Shown here: positions 63,956 to 64,000 of the stretch, one piece after another
Layout: the number at the start of each line of letters is the position of its first letter
Position numbering within the stretch: position 1 is the first letter of the stretch
Assembly (NCBI GenBank): GCA_024409055.1
Contig: JAKSUL010000001.1
Coordinates: 36,490-100,489, forward strand
Length of the DNA: 64,000 bases
Direction: 5' to 3'
Origin: Bacilli bacterium
Lineage (GTDB): Bacteria; Bacillota_I; Bacilli_A; RFN20; CAG-826
Notes under the pieces: model-generated
The model's database searches: none
Seen by the model: the letters and a program-made list of their open reading frames with translations, nothing else
What the model was told of the DNA's origin: nothing
Program-made: the position numbers and the translations under genes

Positions 63956-64000
63956 AAACAGGTGGGATTATATCACCCTCTTAAAGAGGGAGATAAAAAT

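Overview
Chromosomal window from a Bacillota (Firmicutes)-like bacterium. It uses the standard bacterial code: TAA terminates rpsJ and TGA terminates rpmJ. GC content is moderate by eye. Coding density is high and most genes lie on the minus strand. I recognised no transposases, integrases, CRISPR arrays, rRNA or tRNA genes.

Layout:
(i) 1-3.9 kb: SigH-like sigma factor (partial), rlmB, an MgtC-family protein, cysS and a HAD hydrolase.
(ii) 4.0-19.0 kb: an uninterrupted S10-spc-alpha ribosomal super-operon (rpsJ through rplQ, including secY, adk, map, infA, rpmJ and rpoA). It lacks rpmD (L30). Several r-proteins carry unusual N- or C-terminal extensions, notably S5 at 244 aa.
(iii) 19.3-22.7 kb: queuosine salvage operon queT-tgt-queA-queH behind a predicted preQ1-I riboswitch.
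(iv) 22.8-26.7 kb: small accessory genes. These are a mini protein with protein-kinase-like catalytic motifs, a divergent AAA_33 P-loop kinase, a two-gene MscS channel operon and an 11-TM-ish membrane protein.
(v) 26.8-35.7 kb: a tightly coupled five-gene envelope operon next to a DtxR-family regulator, itself divergent from feoA-feoB-feoC-like. The operon encodes an 817-aa lipoprotein, a large membrane domain fused to an ABC ATPase, a 573-aa permease, a small exported protein and an HI0933-like flavoprotein. I cannot match this composition to a characterised system; it is the top candidate for something new.
(vi) 39-49.8 kb: surface-glycan locus (GtrA, SDR epimerase, GT4, Ugd, O-antigen-ligase/Wzy-like, GalE, plus unknown membrane proteins).
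(vii) 49.8-57.4 kb: gatC-gatA-gatB-ligA-pcrA. gatB is interrupted by an in-frame TAA.
(viii) 57.4-59.8 kb: three-gene operon of unknown membrane proteins behind a strongly structured leader.
(ix) asnS and the tsaE-tsaB::rimI-tsaD operon.
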